Shown: one piece after another, positions 1 through 9,571 of the stretch
Layout: the number at the start of each line of letters is the position of its first letter
Position numbering within the stretch: position 1 is the stretch's first letter
DNA from: an uncultured Solirubrobacterales bacterium
Lineage (GTDB): Bacteria > Actinomycetota > Thermoleophilia > Solirubrobacterales > 70-9
Assembly: GCA_963746615.1 (NCBI GenBank)
Contig: CAVVBU010000017.1
Location: 27,404 to 91,403 of the forward strand
Direction: 5' to 3'
DNA: 64,000 bases
Program-made: the position numbers and the translations under genes
Notes under the pieces: generated by a model
What the model was told of the DNA's origin: nothing
What the model saw: the letters and a program-made list of their open reading frames with translations, nothing else
The model's database searches: none

Positions 1-253
1 GCCTGCGCTCCTCGACCACCGTCGCGCCGGCCTCGGCGGCGAGCTGCCCGCTGCCATCGTCGGAGCCGTTGTCGACCACGATCACCTCGCCGCTGATGTC
101 GTTGTCGGCGAGGGTGCGCCGGGCCATGCCGACGCAGGCCTCGATGTTCTCCGCCTCGTTCAGGCAGGGGATCACGACCGAGACCCTCAGGTCCGACCGC
201 TCACGCTCGCCGACCGGATCGGCGTGCGACGAAGCCTCGATCACGCTGCTCAT
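1..253 (-). CDS. glycosyltransferase family 2 (N-terminal part only; rest lies beyond window start)
   Basis: Absent from the ORF track because it runs off the window. Minus-strand translation from ATG at 253: MSSVIEASSHADPVGERERSDLRVSVVIPCLNEAENIEACVGMARRTLADNDISGEVIVVDNGSDDGSGQLAAEAGATVVEERR. This is a classic GT2 N-terminus (VVIPxxNE ... VVDNGSxDGS). Confidence 0.75.
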   Translation of the reverse strand, partial: MSSVIEASSHADPVGERERSDLRVSVVIPCLNEAENIEACVGMARRTLADNDISGEVIVVDNGSDDGSGQLAAEAGATVVEERR

Positions 254-315
254 GATTGGGAGGTCGGGCTTTCAGGTCAGCGCGGGCGAACCGGGCCGCG
301 CGGGGCCGAGGGATG

Positions 316-1440
316 CTAGCCGAGGAGCTGTTCGTAGAGGCGCTCGTGCCGCTCGGCCGTCTCGGCCCAGGAGAAGGAGCGCTCGGCGTGGGCGCGGGCC
401 GCGAGCGAGGCGGCGCGCAGCGCCTCGGGGTCGCCGAGCAGGGCCCGGAGCTCGCCCGCGATCGCCGCCGGATGGGGTGCGACCAGCTGCGCCCCGGGAC
501 CCGCGCCCTCCAGATAGGGCAGGTGCTCGGGCTGGTCGCGCAAGACGACGGGCAGGCCGGAGGCCATCGCCTCCTGCGCCGTGAGCGGAAATCCCTCCCC
601 CACCGAGGGCAGCAGCAGGGCGTCGGCCGCTCGGTATAGCTGTGCTAGCCGGTCGGGCTCGAGCTCGCCCAGCACCAGGGCATCCGCGGCGCCCGCCGGA
701 GGGGAGCCGGCGCCGGCCAGCACCAGCAGGAAGGCTCCCTCCGCGGCGCGGGCGGCGGCAAGCGCCATCTCCACGCCCTTCTTCGGCACCAGCCTGCCGG
801 CGAAGAGGACTCGCGGGCGCTCGTCCCAGCCGAGCTCGCGGCGGAGCCGCTCCCGCTCGCCCTCCTCCGGGGGGCGGTAACGCTCGACGTCCACGCCGTT
901 GTGGATCGTCAGCACCGGGCCGCGGGCCCCGAGGCGCCGGACCTCCTCGGCGACCCGCCCATTGAGGACGATCACCGCCTCGGCAGCGCGTACCGTGCGC
1001 CGGCCGACCGACGCGATCGCCGCGGACTCCAGCCCTTCGAGCAGGCGGCTGTCGTAGGGGACGTGGCCGACGTGCTCGGTCAGCACTCGGGCGGCCACTC
1101 CGCGCCGCCGAGCCATCCCCAGGCCGGCGGCGCAAGGCATGTAGAGGTAGCCGTGCGCGTGCACGACGTCGGCGGTGGCGATCTGGTCGCCGAGGACTCC
1201 TCGCAGTCGCGGCGAGAAGACCGGATAGGGGACGCCCAGGCGGCTCTCGAGGCCATTGAGCACCGGGACCCTGATCACCTCGGCCCCACCGGGCCGCTCG
1301 CCGCCCGGCCCGTCGGCGTCGGCGGCGACCTGAACCACCTCGTGGCCCCGGGCGCGAAGCTTGCGCGCCAGGGCGTCCACCACCACCTCGATGCCGCCGA
1401 TGTGCGGCAGGGCGTAGTGCGAGAGGAAGAGGATCCGCAC
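316..1440 (-). CDS. glycosyltransferase family 4 (GT-B fold)
   Basis: 374-aa ORF. N-terminus MRILFLSHYALPHIGGIEVVVDALARKLRARGHEV and C-terminal LLPSVGEGFPLTAQEAMASGLPVV are typical GT4 motifs. Confidence 0.85.
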   Translation of the reverse strand: MRILFLSHYALPHIGGIEVVVDALARKLRARGHEVVQVAADADGPGGERPGGAEVIRVPVLNGLESRLGVPYPVFSPRLRGVLGDQIATADVVHAHGYLYMPCAAGLGMARRRGVAARVLTEHVGHVPYDSRLLEGLESAAIASVGRRTVRAAEAVIVLNGRVAEEVRRLGARGPVLTIHNGVDVERYRPPEEGERERLRRELGWDERPRVLFAGRLVPKKGVEMALAAARAAEGAFLLVLAGAGSPPAGAADALVLGELEPDRLAQLYRAADALLLPSVGEGFPLTAQEAMASGLPVVLRDQPEHLPYLEGAGPGAQLVAPHPAAIAGELRALLGDPEALRAASLAARAHAERSFSWAETAERHERLYEQLLG

Positions 1441-1443
1441 GCT

Positions 1444-2487
1444 CTACCGCCGCGCGCCGGCGGCGTCGACGGCCCAGTGCTGCAGCCGGAGCACGGCCAG
1501 CGCGTCCCCGGCTCCGATCCCCGCTGCCGCTCCCGACCCGGTGGCGGCATCGTGGAAGCGGGCGAATACCTCCTCGTTGCCGTAGCGCAGCCTTCCCGCC
1601 AGGTGCGGTGGACCCGAGCGCAGGTAGCCCAGCCAGTGCCGCCAGGTACCCGCGGCCGAAGAGCGGAGGACCTGGAGCGCTCCATGCCCCCGGTCGTTGG
1701 GCACCCGCACGGCGGTGTCGCGGAAGAGGTCGACCGCCGCCAGCGCGCGTTCCCCGAGCACCGCGACGTGCCACTCGGACACCGGCGCCTCGAAGTTCAT
1801 CACCATCGTTACCGGGACCCCTGCGGCGCGAAGCTGCAGGTCGATCTGGGCGGGCGTTCGCAGCCCGTGCGAGCTTGGCTGCACGGTCGCGGACAGCGGC
1901 TCGAGCTCGGCGCCGGCGAGGGCCCGGGCGACGTAGATCAGGTGCGGGGACTCGTCGTAGAAGAGGCCCAGCGGCAGCTCGTCATACCAGTCCGGCAGCC
2001 GCCGCTGGGGGTTGGAGAGCTGGATCGCCCAGACGCCGTGGACCGCGCCGAGCGATCCGCTGTCGAGCCAGGCGCGCACCTTTCGCACCGCGCGGGCGAA
2101 CTGGAAGTTGTGAACCACGCACAGTGCCAGGCCCCTCTCGGCTGCCAGCGAGGCCAGCTCTTCGCCCTCGGCCACCGTCATCGTGAAGGGCTTCTCGGTG
2201 ATCGCGTGCTTGCCGGCGCGCAGCGCGGAGCCGACGACCTCGTAATGCGCGAAGGGCGCCGTGCCGCAGCTGACCGCGTCCAGCTCATCGGCGAAGTCGA
2301 GTTCGTCGACCGAGCTCGCTTCGGCATGGCGGGGCACTCCGAGCCGCTCGGCGGCCTCGCGGGCGCGCTCGCCGCGCCGATCCACGATCGCGGCGATCTC
2401 GAAGCCGCCGTGCTTGCGCATGGCCGGCACGTGGCGGTTGGTCGTCACCCAGCCCGCGCCGAAGCAGGCGATTCTCAGCTTGCTCAC
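1444..2487 (-). CDS. Gfo/Idh/MocA family oxidoreductase (sugar-nucleotide dehydrogenase type)
   Basis: Rossmann N-terminus VSKLRIACFGAGWVTTNRHVPAM. I trimmed the start to the GTG at 2487, because the upstream part of the tracked ORF is low-complexity. EKPF motif present (AITEKPFTMT). Confidence 0.85.
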   Translation of the reverse strand: MSKLRIACFGAGWVTTNRHVPAMRKHGGFEIAAIVDRRGERAREAAERLGVPRHAEASSVDELDFADELDAVSCGTAPFAHYEVVGSALRAGKHAITEKPFTMTVAEGEELASLAAERGLALCVVHNFQFARAVRKVRAWLDSGSLGAVHGVWAIQLSNPQRRLPDWYDELPLGLFYDESPHLIYVARALAGAELEPLSATVQPSSHGLRTPAQIDLQLRAAGVPVTMVMNFEAPVSEWHVAVLGERALAAVDLFRDTAVRVPNDRGHGALQVLRSSAAGTWRHWLGYLRSGPPHLAGRLRYGNEEVFARFHDAATGSGAAAGIGAGDALAVLRLQHWAVDAAGARR

Positions 2488-2512
2488 GACCGGCGGACAA
2501 TACGCTGCCTCC

Positions 2513-3520
2513 GTGGACGAGCGAAGCGTGCTGCACGTATTGCCCCATAGCGGCGCCGGCGGCGAGGAGTACGTCGAGCTGCTGGAGGGGATGGAGGGCT
2601 TTCGCTTCGAGCGGATGGCGCTGAGCGAGCGCCGCAACCCGGCGCTGGCGGCCGCCCGCCTCCCCGCCGTGTGGCGCCGCGCCCGGAAGAACGATTTGGT
2701 TCACGTTCACGGAGACGCCGCCGCGATCCTCTGCCTGCCGGCGACGCGGACCCGCCCGGCCCTGATCACCCTGCACGGGTTGCACCTGGTGGCTCGCGCC
2801 CGAGGCGCGAGCCGTCGGTTTCTGGCTGCGGGCCTGCGCGCCGCGGTGCGCCGGGCGCGCGCGACGATCTGCGTCTCGGAGTCTGAGCTGCGGCTGGCAC
2901 GGGAGGCGCTCGGCGATCTCCCGGGGCTGGAGTTGATCCGAAACGGGGTCCGCCTGCCGCCGGCGGTGGATGAGGCCGAGCGCCGGGAGGCGCGGGCCCG
3001 CTTCGGCCTCGGCGAAGGCGAGTTCGCGGTCGCCTTCGCCGGGAGCCTCGACGAGCGCAAGGACCCGCTCACCCTGGCCCGAGCCGTGCGCTTGAAGACC
3101 GGGCTGAGGGCGCTGCTCGCGGGGAACGGTCCCCTGCGCGTGCAGGTCGAGGCCGAGGGCGGTGCGGTGCGCGTCCTCGGCCCGTGCGGCGACCTGCGGC
3201 CGCTGTTCGCGGCCGCCGACGCCTTCTGCCTGCCTTCTCGTCGCGAGGGCCTCTCGCTGGCGCTGCTCGAGGCGATGGCGGCGGGACTGCCCCCGGTGGT
3301 CTCCGACGGTCCCGGCAACCCCGAGGCAGTGGCGGCGGCGGGTCTCGTCTTCCCCTGCGGCGACGCCCGCGCCCTGGCGGACGCGCTCGAGCTGCTGGCG
3401 GGGGATCCGGAGCGGGCGAAGGAGATCGGCGCGGCGGCGCGTCAGCGGGTCGCCTCCGAGTTCAGCGCGGAGCGAATGGTGCGCGAGACGCGGGAGGTCT
3501 ACCTCCGCGCGCTCGGCTGA
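2513..3520 (+). CDS. glycosyltransferase family 4
   Basis: C-terminal half has PSRREGLSLALLEAMAAGLPPVVSD (GT4 E-x7-E region). Start trimmed to the in-frame GTG at 2513 (VDERSVLHVLPHSGAGG), divergent from the oxidoreductase gene. Confidence 0.75.
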   Translation: MDERSVLHVLPHSGAGGEEYVELLEGMEGFRFERMALSERRNPALAAARLPAVWRRARKNDLVHVHGDAAAILCLPATRTRPALITLHGLHLVARARGASRRFLAAGLRAAVRRARATICVSESELRLAREALGDLPGLELIRNGVRLPPAVDEAERREARARFGLGEGEFAVAFAGSLDERKDPLTLARAVRLKTGLRALLAGNGPLRVQVEAEGGAVRVLGPCGDLRPLFAAADAFCLPSRREGLSLALLEAMAAGLPPVVSDGPGNPEAVAAAGLVFPCGDARALADALELLAGDPERAKEIGAAARQRVASEFSAERMVRETREVYLRALG

Positions 3521-4797
3521 GCGCCGCGGGCTCGCCTGAGCTCGATGGCTTCCTCGGCGACCTCGGCCATCCGCTGGGCGAGCTCGGGCCAGGCGTAGGC
3601 CCGGCGCAGCTCCTCGCTCGGGGGCGGGATCGTCCCGGCGGCCAGCGAGGACAGCGCCGCCTTTGCGCCCGCGACGTCGTCGGTTCCGACCACGACTCCG
3701 TTGGCCGCCGTGACGATCTCAGCCGCAGCGCTGTCGGCGCGCGCCAGGGCGATGATCGGCAGACCGGCGCCGATGTACTCGAACAGCTTGCTGCCCGATT
3801 CCTGGCGCCGGGTCGCGGCCGTGATCAGCAGCCCCGCGTCGGCCGAGCGCTGCAGCTGGGTGACCGCGCGGCGGCCGAGGTTGCCGGCGACCACGATCCT
3901 CGCCGGTCGGACGTCGGCGTCGAACAGCCGCAGCTCCTCCTCGGTGAAGCTGCCGGCGAAGGCGACCTCGAGGCGGCCGGCGGCGTCGGGCTGCTCGCGG
4001 GCGAGCTCGGCCAGCGCCCGAATGAAGGGTCCCGGGTCCTTGTTGCCGGCGGCCAGGCGCCCGGTGAAGACCAGCGAGACGCGCTCCGGGTCGAGCTCAG
4101 GCGGCTCGCCGCCCCCGCCCTGCTGATCGGCTGCGCCACGGGCTGCGGGCGCTGCCTCGGGCGGGTCCCACCCGTTGGGGATCACCGTTGCCTGAACGCC
4201 CACTCTCTCGCGAAGGTCCTCGGCCACCGGCTCGGTGACCGCGGTGACCGCGTCGGCTCGCCGCAGCAGCCTGCGCTCGAGACGCTCGTTGAGTCGCAGC
4301 TGCGCCGCGGTCGGCCACAGCCTCTCCTGGACGTGCGGCTCGAAGGCCCAGCCGTCGCGCAGGTCGGCAACCCAGGCGACGCCACGGGGGGTGAGCGCCC
4401 AGCCGACCCAATGGGAGGACTCCGGCGGCGAGGTCGTGATCGCGCAGTCGAAGCCGCGCGCTCGCTGCAGCTCCCGAGCCCGCGCCCTGGCGAATGGGAG
4501 CCAGGCGAGCAGGTAGGGATCGGGGACCATCACCCTGGCGATGGGGTGCGGCCTGGTCGAGTAGCTGGCGTCGGAGAAGCCCCCGCCGCGCCGGCGAGCG
4601 TGAGGCTGGAGGAGCTGGAGGTCGCGGGTTCGCTCGACGCCCTGCTCGCGGTCGCCGGGGAGGCGGCCGTAGGCCGAGCTGGTCAGCACCGTCACCTCGT
4701 GGCCCTGGGCGCGGAGGTGCTCGGAGAGCGCCGCGGGCCGGTTGGCACCGGTCTCGGTCGAGGGGGGGAAGAAATGGGCCACGATCAGCAGGCGCAT
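3499..4797 (-). CDS. glycosyltransferase (GT4-like, GT-B fold)
   Basis: 432-aa ORF beginning MRLLIVAHFFPPSTETGANRPAALSEHLRAQGHEVTVLTS. C-terminal ESGSKLFEYIGAGLPIIA resembles the GT-B nucleotide-sugar binding region. Confidence 0.8.
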   Translation of the reverse strand: MRLLIVAHFFPPSTETGANRPAALSEHLRAQGHEVTVLTSSAYGRLPGDREQGVERTRDLQLLQPHARRRGGGFSDASYSTRPHPIARVMVPDPYLLAWLPFARARARELQRARGFDCAITTSPPESSHWVGWALTPRGVAWVADLRDGWAFEPHVQERLWPTAAQLRLNERLERRLLRRADAVTAVTEPVAEDLRERVGVQATVIPNGWDPPEAAPAARGAADQQGGGGEPPELDPERVSLVFTGRLAAGNKDPGPFIRALAELAREQPDAAGRLEVAFAGSFTEEELRLFDADVRPARIVVAGNLGRRAVTQLQRSADAGLLITAATRRQESGSKLFEYIGAGLPIIALARADSAAAEIVTAANGVVVGTDDVAGAKAALSSLAAGTIPPPSEELRRAYAWPELAQRMAEVAEEAIELRRARGAQPSARR

Positions 4798-4826
4798 GCG
4801 GTCATGATCTCGGACAGCCGGGCAGC

Positions 4827-5756
4827 GTGCTTAGAATCAGCGCCTTGGCCACCGGCTCGGCGCCCGACGTGTCCGTGATCGTCGCCGCTCGCAATGCCGA
4901 GGGCTCGATCGCGGTTGTCCTGGACGCGCTCGAGCGCCAGACCACCGCCCGCTCGAGTTTCGAGACGATCGTCGTCGACGATGGCTCGGAGGACGGGACC
5001 GCGCGTGAGGCCGAGGCGCGCCCCCGCGTCACCGTGCTCAGAGCCCCCGGGCACGTAGGTCTGCCGGCGGCGCGAAACATCGGCATCGGCGAGGCGTCGG
5101 CCCCGCTGCTCGCCTTCACCGATCACGACTGTGCTCCCGAGCCGGATTGGATCGAGCGGGGCCTGGCTCGATTCGCCGGCGATCCAGACCTCAGCATCCT
5201 CGCCTGCCGGGTCGAGATCCCGTTGCCGGCCGACTCCTCGGTGGCCGAGCTGCTCGACGCCGTGCGGCACTTCGACTCGGAGGCGTACGTCGACCACGGC
5301 TTCGCCGCCGGCGGCAGCATGTGGGCACGGCGCCAAGACGTCGTCCGGGTGGGGGGTCTCAACGAGCGACTCGCCGCCTACGGTCACGAGGACTTCGAGC
5401 TCTGCCGCCTGCTCACCTCCTCCGGCGCGAAGCTTGTCTATGCGCCGGAGGTCGCCCTCGTCCATCCGCCGCGAACGAGCCTGCGCCAGCTGGCCTCCAA
5501 GTGCTACCGGCTGGGGAGGGGGCTGGCCCCGCTGCGCCGCAATGCGCGTGGCCCCGGCCCTGGCCGGCCGCTCCTGCTTCGCCCCTGGCACCTGCTGCCC
5601 AATCCCAGGCTGCGGCGCATGGAGCGGTTGACGCGGCGGGGGATCGAGGTCGGTGCGCTCCTGCGCATCCGCTTGCTGGCCGCGCAGTACCTGTTCTGCG
5701 ACCTGCCCTACTTCGCCGGGGACGTGGTGGGCACGCTTCGACTCGGGCGCTGGTGA
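4827..5756 (+). CDS. glycosyltransferase family 2
   Basis: PDVSVIVAARNAEGSIAVVLDALERQT ... TIVVDDGSEDGT ... FTDHDCAPEPDW are GT2 motifs. Start set at the in-frame GTG at 4827; upstream of that the tracked ORF is Arg/Gly junk. Confidence 0.85.
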   Translation: MLRISALATGSAPDVSVIVAARNAEGSIAVVLDALERQTTARSSFETIVVDDGSEDGTAREAEARPRVTVLRAPGHVGLPAARNIGIGEASAPLLAFTDHDCAPEPDWIERGLARFAGDPDLSILACRVEIPLPADSSVAELLDAVRHFDSEAYVDHGFAAGGSMWARRQDVVRVGGLNERLAAYGHEDFELCRLLTSSGAKLVYAPEVALVHPPRTSLRQLASKCYRLGRGLAPLRRNARGPGPGRPLLLRPWHLLPNPRLRRMERLTRRGIEVGALLRIRLLAAQYLFCDLPYFAGDVVGTLRLGRW

Positions 5757-6742
5757 CCGCGGACGCCGACCTTCTCGCGCGGCTGGGCTCGGTTCTCGAT
5801 GCCGCCTTGGAATCGGCCCTGCCCGCCGAAGCCCCGGTGGCGCTGATCGGCATCCCGCTCTGGACCAACGTCGGCGACCATGCGATCTTCCTCGGGACCC
5901 TGCGCTGGCTTCAGCGCCACGGCCACGAAGTGGCTCACTCGGTCGCGGATGCGCGCGACTACTCGCCCAGCGCCCTTCGCAGGGCCCTTGGGCCCGACGG
6001 CGTGATCGCGCTCGCGGGAGGCGCCACGGTGGGTGATACTTGGCCGGAGAGGCAGCGCTTCCGCGAGCGGGTGCTGGCCGAGAACGGCGATGTGCCGATC
6101 GTCCAGCTTCCCCAGTCGATCCATTTCGACGACCCCGCAGCGGCTGCGCGCGCATCGGAGGCGTTCGCCGCGCACCCGCGCTTCACCCTGATGGCCCGCG
6201 ACGCCGACAGCGAGGAGCGGGCCCGCTCTCTCGGCTGCGACCCCGTGCTCGCCCCCGACATCGCCTTCGCCCTGGATCCGCTGCCACGTCCGTCGGCCCC
6301 CGAGGCGCCGGTGGTCAGCCTGATTCGGCGGGACCGGGAGTCGGCGCTGCCCACGTCGCAGCCCCCGCCGGATTCGGTCGACTGGGCCGCCCCCGATCCA
6401 CTCGCTCGCCGGCTGCCGGTCCAGGGAGCGCACCTCGCTTCGAGGACGGTGGCGAGGTCAGCGACGCTGCGGCGGCTGGCGCTGCGCCGCTACACGGCGT
6501 ATGGCGAAAAGCGCCTGGAGGCGGGGGCGGCGATGCTGAGTCGCGGCAGGGCCGTGATCAGCGATCGCATCCACGCTCACATCCTCTGCCTGCTGCTGGG
6601 CATTCCCCACGTGGTCCTGGACAGCCGCTATGGCAAGACGTTCTCGTTTCGGCGCAGCTGGACCGCCGAGTCCGCCCTTGCCCGGTCGGCGGCGGACCTG
6701 GCCACGGGAGTCTCGATGGCGCGCGGCGCCGCAGAGGGCTGA
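5753..6742 (+). CDS. polysaccharide pyruvyl transferase family protein
   Basis: ALIGIPLWTNVGDHAIFLGTLRWL ... IVQLPQSIHF ... VISDRIHAHILCLLLGIPHVVLD matches the CsaB/WcaK-type pyruvyl transferase pattern. The GTG at 5753 overlaps the upstream TGA (GTGA). Confidence 0.8.
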   Translation: MTADADLLARLGSVLDAALESALPAEAPVALIGIPLWTNVGDHAIFLGTLRWLQRHGHEVAHSVADARDYSPSALRRALGPDGVIALAGGATVGDTWPERQRFRERVLAENGDVPIVQLPQSIHFDDPAAAARASEAFAAHPRFTLMARDADSEERARSLGCDPVLAPDIAFALDPLPRPSAPEAPVVSLIRRDRESALPTSQPPPDSVDWAAPDPLARRLPVQGAHLASRTVARSATLRRLALRRYTAYGEKRLEAGAAMLSRGRAVISDRIHAHILCLLLGIPHVVLDSRYGKTFSFRRSWTAESALARSAADLATGVSMARGAAEG

Positions 6743-6788
6743 CGCCTAGATCCGGGCCGCCGGGCCCTGCCCCCCCGGGACTGTCGCT

Positions 6789-7535
6789 TCAGGCTGTCCG
6801 CCGCGAGACGAAGATCAGATCGCCCGCCCGCAGTCCGAGCCGCTGGCGCTCTGCCTCGGACGCCGGCGCCCGCTCGGCCGAGACCTCGAAGCCCGCCTCG
6901 ACCAGGCGCGCCTCGAAGTCACGGCCGTAGAGCCTGAGGTGGTCGTCCTGCCCGAAGCGCCGTTCCCTCTCCGCCGGGTCGGTCAGCTCGGGGGCTTCGT
7001 CGGTTCTCTCGCGCGAGGGGTCCAGCGGCACCATCACGATCACTTCTCCACCCGGGCGCAGCAGGCGCAGCAGCTCCTTCATCGCACGGCGATCGTCGGA
7101 GACGTGCTCGAGGACGTGGCTGCAGATGATCCCGTCGAAGGACGCGCCGGGAAGGCCGGTATCGCAGATGTCCAGCGTCAGGTCAGCACCAGCCTCGAGG
7201 TCGGCGGTCAGGTACTGCTCGAAACCGAGCTCGCGGAGGTTGCGAGTGAGCGCCCCCTCGGGGGCGAAGTGCAGCACGCGCTCCGGCCGCGAGCCGCCGC
7301 CCCAGCGCTCGCGCAGCAGCAGCCATAGGGCGCGGTGGCGCTCGAGCGATCCGCAGGCCGGGCAGAGCGCGCCCCGCCGGCCGTTGAACTCGACGAAGCG
7401 GCGCAGGTGGGCGCCACAGCAGGGACACTCGACGCCCTCACCCCGGAGGGCGAGGGCGAGGGCGCGGCGACGCACCCGTCCCGCGCCGCGGCGAACCCGC
7501 GACGGATGTGAGCGGAGGCGCCGAGTCAAGGTCAT
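6789..7535 (-). CDS. class I SAM-dependent methyltransferase with N-terminal Cys4 zinc-ribbon
   Basis: From ATG at 7535: MTLTRRL..CPCCGAHLRRF..CPACGSLERH, followed by VLHFAPE ... SFDGIICSHVLEHV ... LRPGGEVIV (methyltransferase motifs I-III). Confidence 0.8.
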   Translation of the reverse strand: MTLTRRLRSHPSRVRRGAGRVRRRALALALRGEGVECPCCGAHLRRFVEFNGRRGALCPACGSLERHRALWLLLRERWGGGSRPERVLHFAPEGALTRNLRELGFEQYLTADLEAGADLTLDICDTGLPGASFDGIICSHVLEHVSDDRRAMKELLRLLRPGGEVIVMVPLDPSRERTDEAPELTDPAERERRFGQDDHLRLYGRDFEARLVEAGFEVSAERAPASEAERQRLGLRAGDLIFVSRRTA

Positions 7536-7564
7536 GAAGGGGGGGCCGGAGATCTTATGGAGCC

Positions 7565-8326
7565 TCAGGCGCCTGGTGATTTCGCGACCACCATCACGTT
7601 GAGGTAGAAGGCGCCGGTTCGGTCCAGCGCGTCGAAGATGCGGGCGAGCGCGTTGACCACCGCGCAGCAGGCGATCCACACCGGCAGCCCCAGCGCGCGC
7701 ACAACCTGCAGCATCGGCCTTCGGCCGGTGGTTTGGTCCATCCAGTTGAGCAGGAGCGCGCCGAGCAGAGTGCCCACTCGCCCCTGCTTGCGGATCTCGG
7801 CGACGTGGAAGCGCTCGCTCACCAGGCTCGCCGCGCCCGCCGCGGACCATCGCCGGTAGTCGTGTGGGAGAGCGTGCTCGTTGTAGGCAAACGGGACGGT
7901 GACGATGACGATCCCGCCCGGGCGAAGCACGCGACTGATCTCGGACAGGGTGTGGTGTGGCGCTGAATCATGCTCGAGCACCTGGGTGCAGAGGACGGCG
8001 TCGAACGACGCGTCGGCAAGTGGCCAGGGCACCCCCGGAGTGATCAGCCGGTCGACGCCCGGCTGCGGCTCGACGTCCACGCCGACGTACCCGGTGGCGC
8101 CGCTCAGCCAGCGCCGGTACGGCTGGCGGCCGCAGCCCACGTCAAGCACAGTGCCCCGAAGGTCGGGCAGGCAGTCGTTCAGGTCTCGCTGCAGGTCGAC
8201 GATCGCCAGCCACTTGTGGTGCCAAGGCCGCACGGGCCCGGGCAGCCTTCCGCAGAGCATCCCGTACACGACTTCGTACGCGGCTCGCAGTCGGGCGCCC
8301 ACCCCCCGCCATCGAACAGCCTTCAT
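7565..8326 (-). CDS. class I SAM-dependent methyltransferase
   Basis: From ATG at 8326: MKAVRW.. TVLDVGCGRQPY ... FDAVLCTQVLEHDSAPHHTLSEISRVLRPGGIVIVTVP. C-terminal hydrophobic tail. Confidence 0.8.
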   Translation of the reverse strand: MKAVRWRGVGARLRAAYEVVYGMLCGRLPGPVRPWHHKWLAIVDLQRDLNDCLPDLRGTVLDVGCGRQPYRRWLSGATGYVGVDVEPQPGVDRLITPGVPWPLADASFDAVLCTQVLEHDSAPHHTLSEISRVLRPGGIVIVTVPFAYNEHALPHDYRRWSAAGAASLVSERFHVAEIRKQGRVGTLLGALLLNWMDQTTGRRPMLQVVRALGLPVWIACCAVVNALARIFDALDRTGAFYLNVMVVAKSPGA

Positions 8327-8331
8327 CACCC

Positions 8332-9507
8332 TCACGCTCGGTTGAGCAACGTCGACCGGAGGACGCCTCGGCGTTGACGCTTGCCGGAGAGGACCGACTC
8401 GTAGAGAGCGGTCCAGAGCGATCCGACTGTCGCCAGCCCGTAGCGCTCGCGCGCGATTGCCGCCAGCCTGGCCGGCTCGTAGCTGTCGAGCTCTTCGCAT
8501 GTCCGGAGGATCGCATCGGCGAGCGCCGCAGGATCGGCGGGAGGGACGGTGACTCCGGTTCGGCCCTCCAGCATCTCGGGCACGCCCCCGACGGCTGTCC
8601 CCACGGTGGGTAGGCCGCTGGCCATCGCCTCGGCGACGACCAGCGGCAGGTTTTCGCGCAAGCTCGGCAGTACGTGGAGGTCGCTCCCACGCATCAGCTC
8701 TGCGACTCGCGGCTTGTCTGCGTAGCCGTGGAAGGTGACCGCGCCGGTGACCCCTAGCGTGCCGCTGAGAGCCTCCAGACGATCCCGGAGGGGTCCGTCA
8801 CCGACCAGGTCCAGCCTGAACTCGGGTCGCCGGGCGAGCACCTTCGGCAGCGCTTCCAACAGGTAACGGTGCCCCTTCTTCTCGTGCAGGGAACCGACCG
8901 CGATCGCCTTGGTCGCCCCTGCTCCAGGCTCGCGCGGGGGCCGCGCGGGAAACGAGTCGGTGTCGAGTGCGTTCGGCACGGGGGTCACCACGCGAGCCCC
9001 AAGCCGCCGCACGGGATCCGCGAGAGCGCGGCTCGCTGGGCAGACGACGTCCGCGTGCCGGTAGCAGAGGCGAGCCAGTGTCCTCTCCAGAGGGCCGAGC
9101 TGCCCCTCCATGACCCGCGTCAGGTGCTCCTGGATGACCAGGGGCGCCCCCAGCAGGCGGGCGGCGGGTAATGCCGCCGGCGCCGAGAGGAACACGTGAG
9201 CGTGGACGACGTCGGGCGCGAAGCCGTCGGCTCGCAGGCGCCCGAGCGCCTCCAGGGTGCCGCGGCGGGTGGGACGCATGCCCATACCGGGGACCCTCGG
9301 GGGCGGGTAGGCAAGCCGGAGCGTCCGCAGCCCGCGCTCTTGGCCCTCGCTGAGCTCGAAGGGCCCCGGGGTCCCCGCCTTCGGGCGAAAGGCGAGGATC
9401 GCCACCTCGTGCTCGCGGGCGACGCTTCGCGCCTGGTCGATCACCCAGATCCCGCGGATGGGGGTGTCCGGCCAGGGAAACCACGGGGTGATCACCAGGA
9501 CCCTCAC
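8332..9507 (-). CDS. glycosyltransferase family 4
   Basis: MRVLVITPWFPWPDTPIRGIWVIDQA ... LPSLRENLPLVVAEAMASGLPTVGTAVGGVPEM. Confidence 0.85.
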   Translation of the reverse strand: MRVLVITPWFPWPDTPIRGIWVIDQARSVAREHEVAILAFRPKAGTPGPFELSEGQERGLRTLRLAYPPPRVPGMGMRPTRRGTLEALGRLRADGFAPDVVHAHVFLSAPAALPAARLLGAPLVIQEHLTRVMEGQLGPLERTLARLCYRHADVVCPASRALADPVRRLGARVVTPVPNALDTDSFPARPPREPGAGATKAIAVGSLHEKKGHRYLLEALPKVLARRPEFRLDLVGDGPLRDRLEALSGTLGVTGAVTFHGYADKPRVAELMRGSDLHVLPSLRENLPLVVAEAMASGLPTVGTAVGGVPEMLEGRTGVTVPPADPAALADAILRTCEELDSYEPARLAAIARERYGLATVGSLWTALYESVLSGKRQRRGVLRSTLLNRA

Positions 9508-9571
9508 CGCCGCGAGTCTAGGAGCGGGCCGAGGTCGGCGCGCCGCTACTGTGCCCGCGGTGAGGGTGACG

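Noticed and set aside
272-4878. Long ORFs 272..1774(-), 901..2550(+) and 3184..4878(+), 500-564 aa each
   Set aside because: Their translations are Arg/Gly/Pro/Ala low-complexity sequence with no motifs. They overlap, in other frames or on the other strand, ORFs with clear glycosyltransferase and oxidoreductase motifs. These are typical shadow ORFs of a ~70% GC genome.
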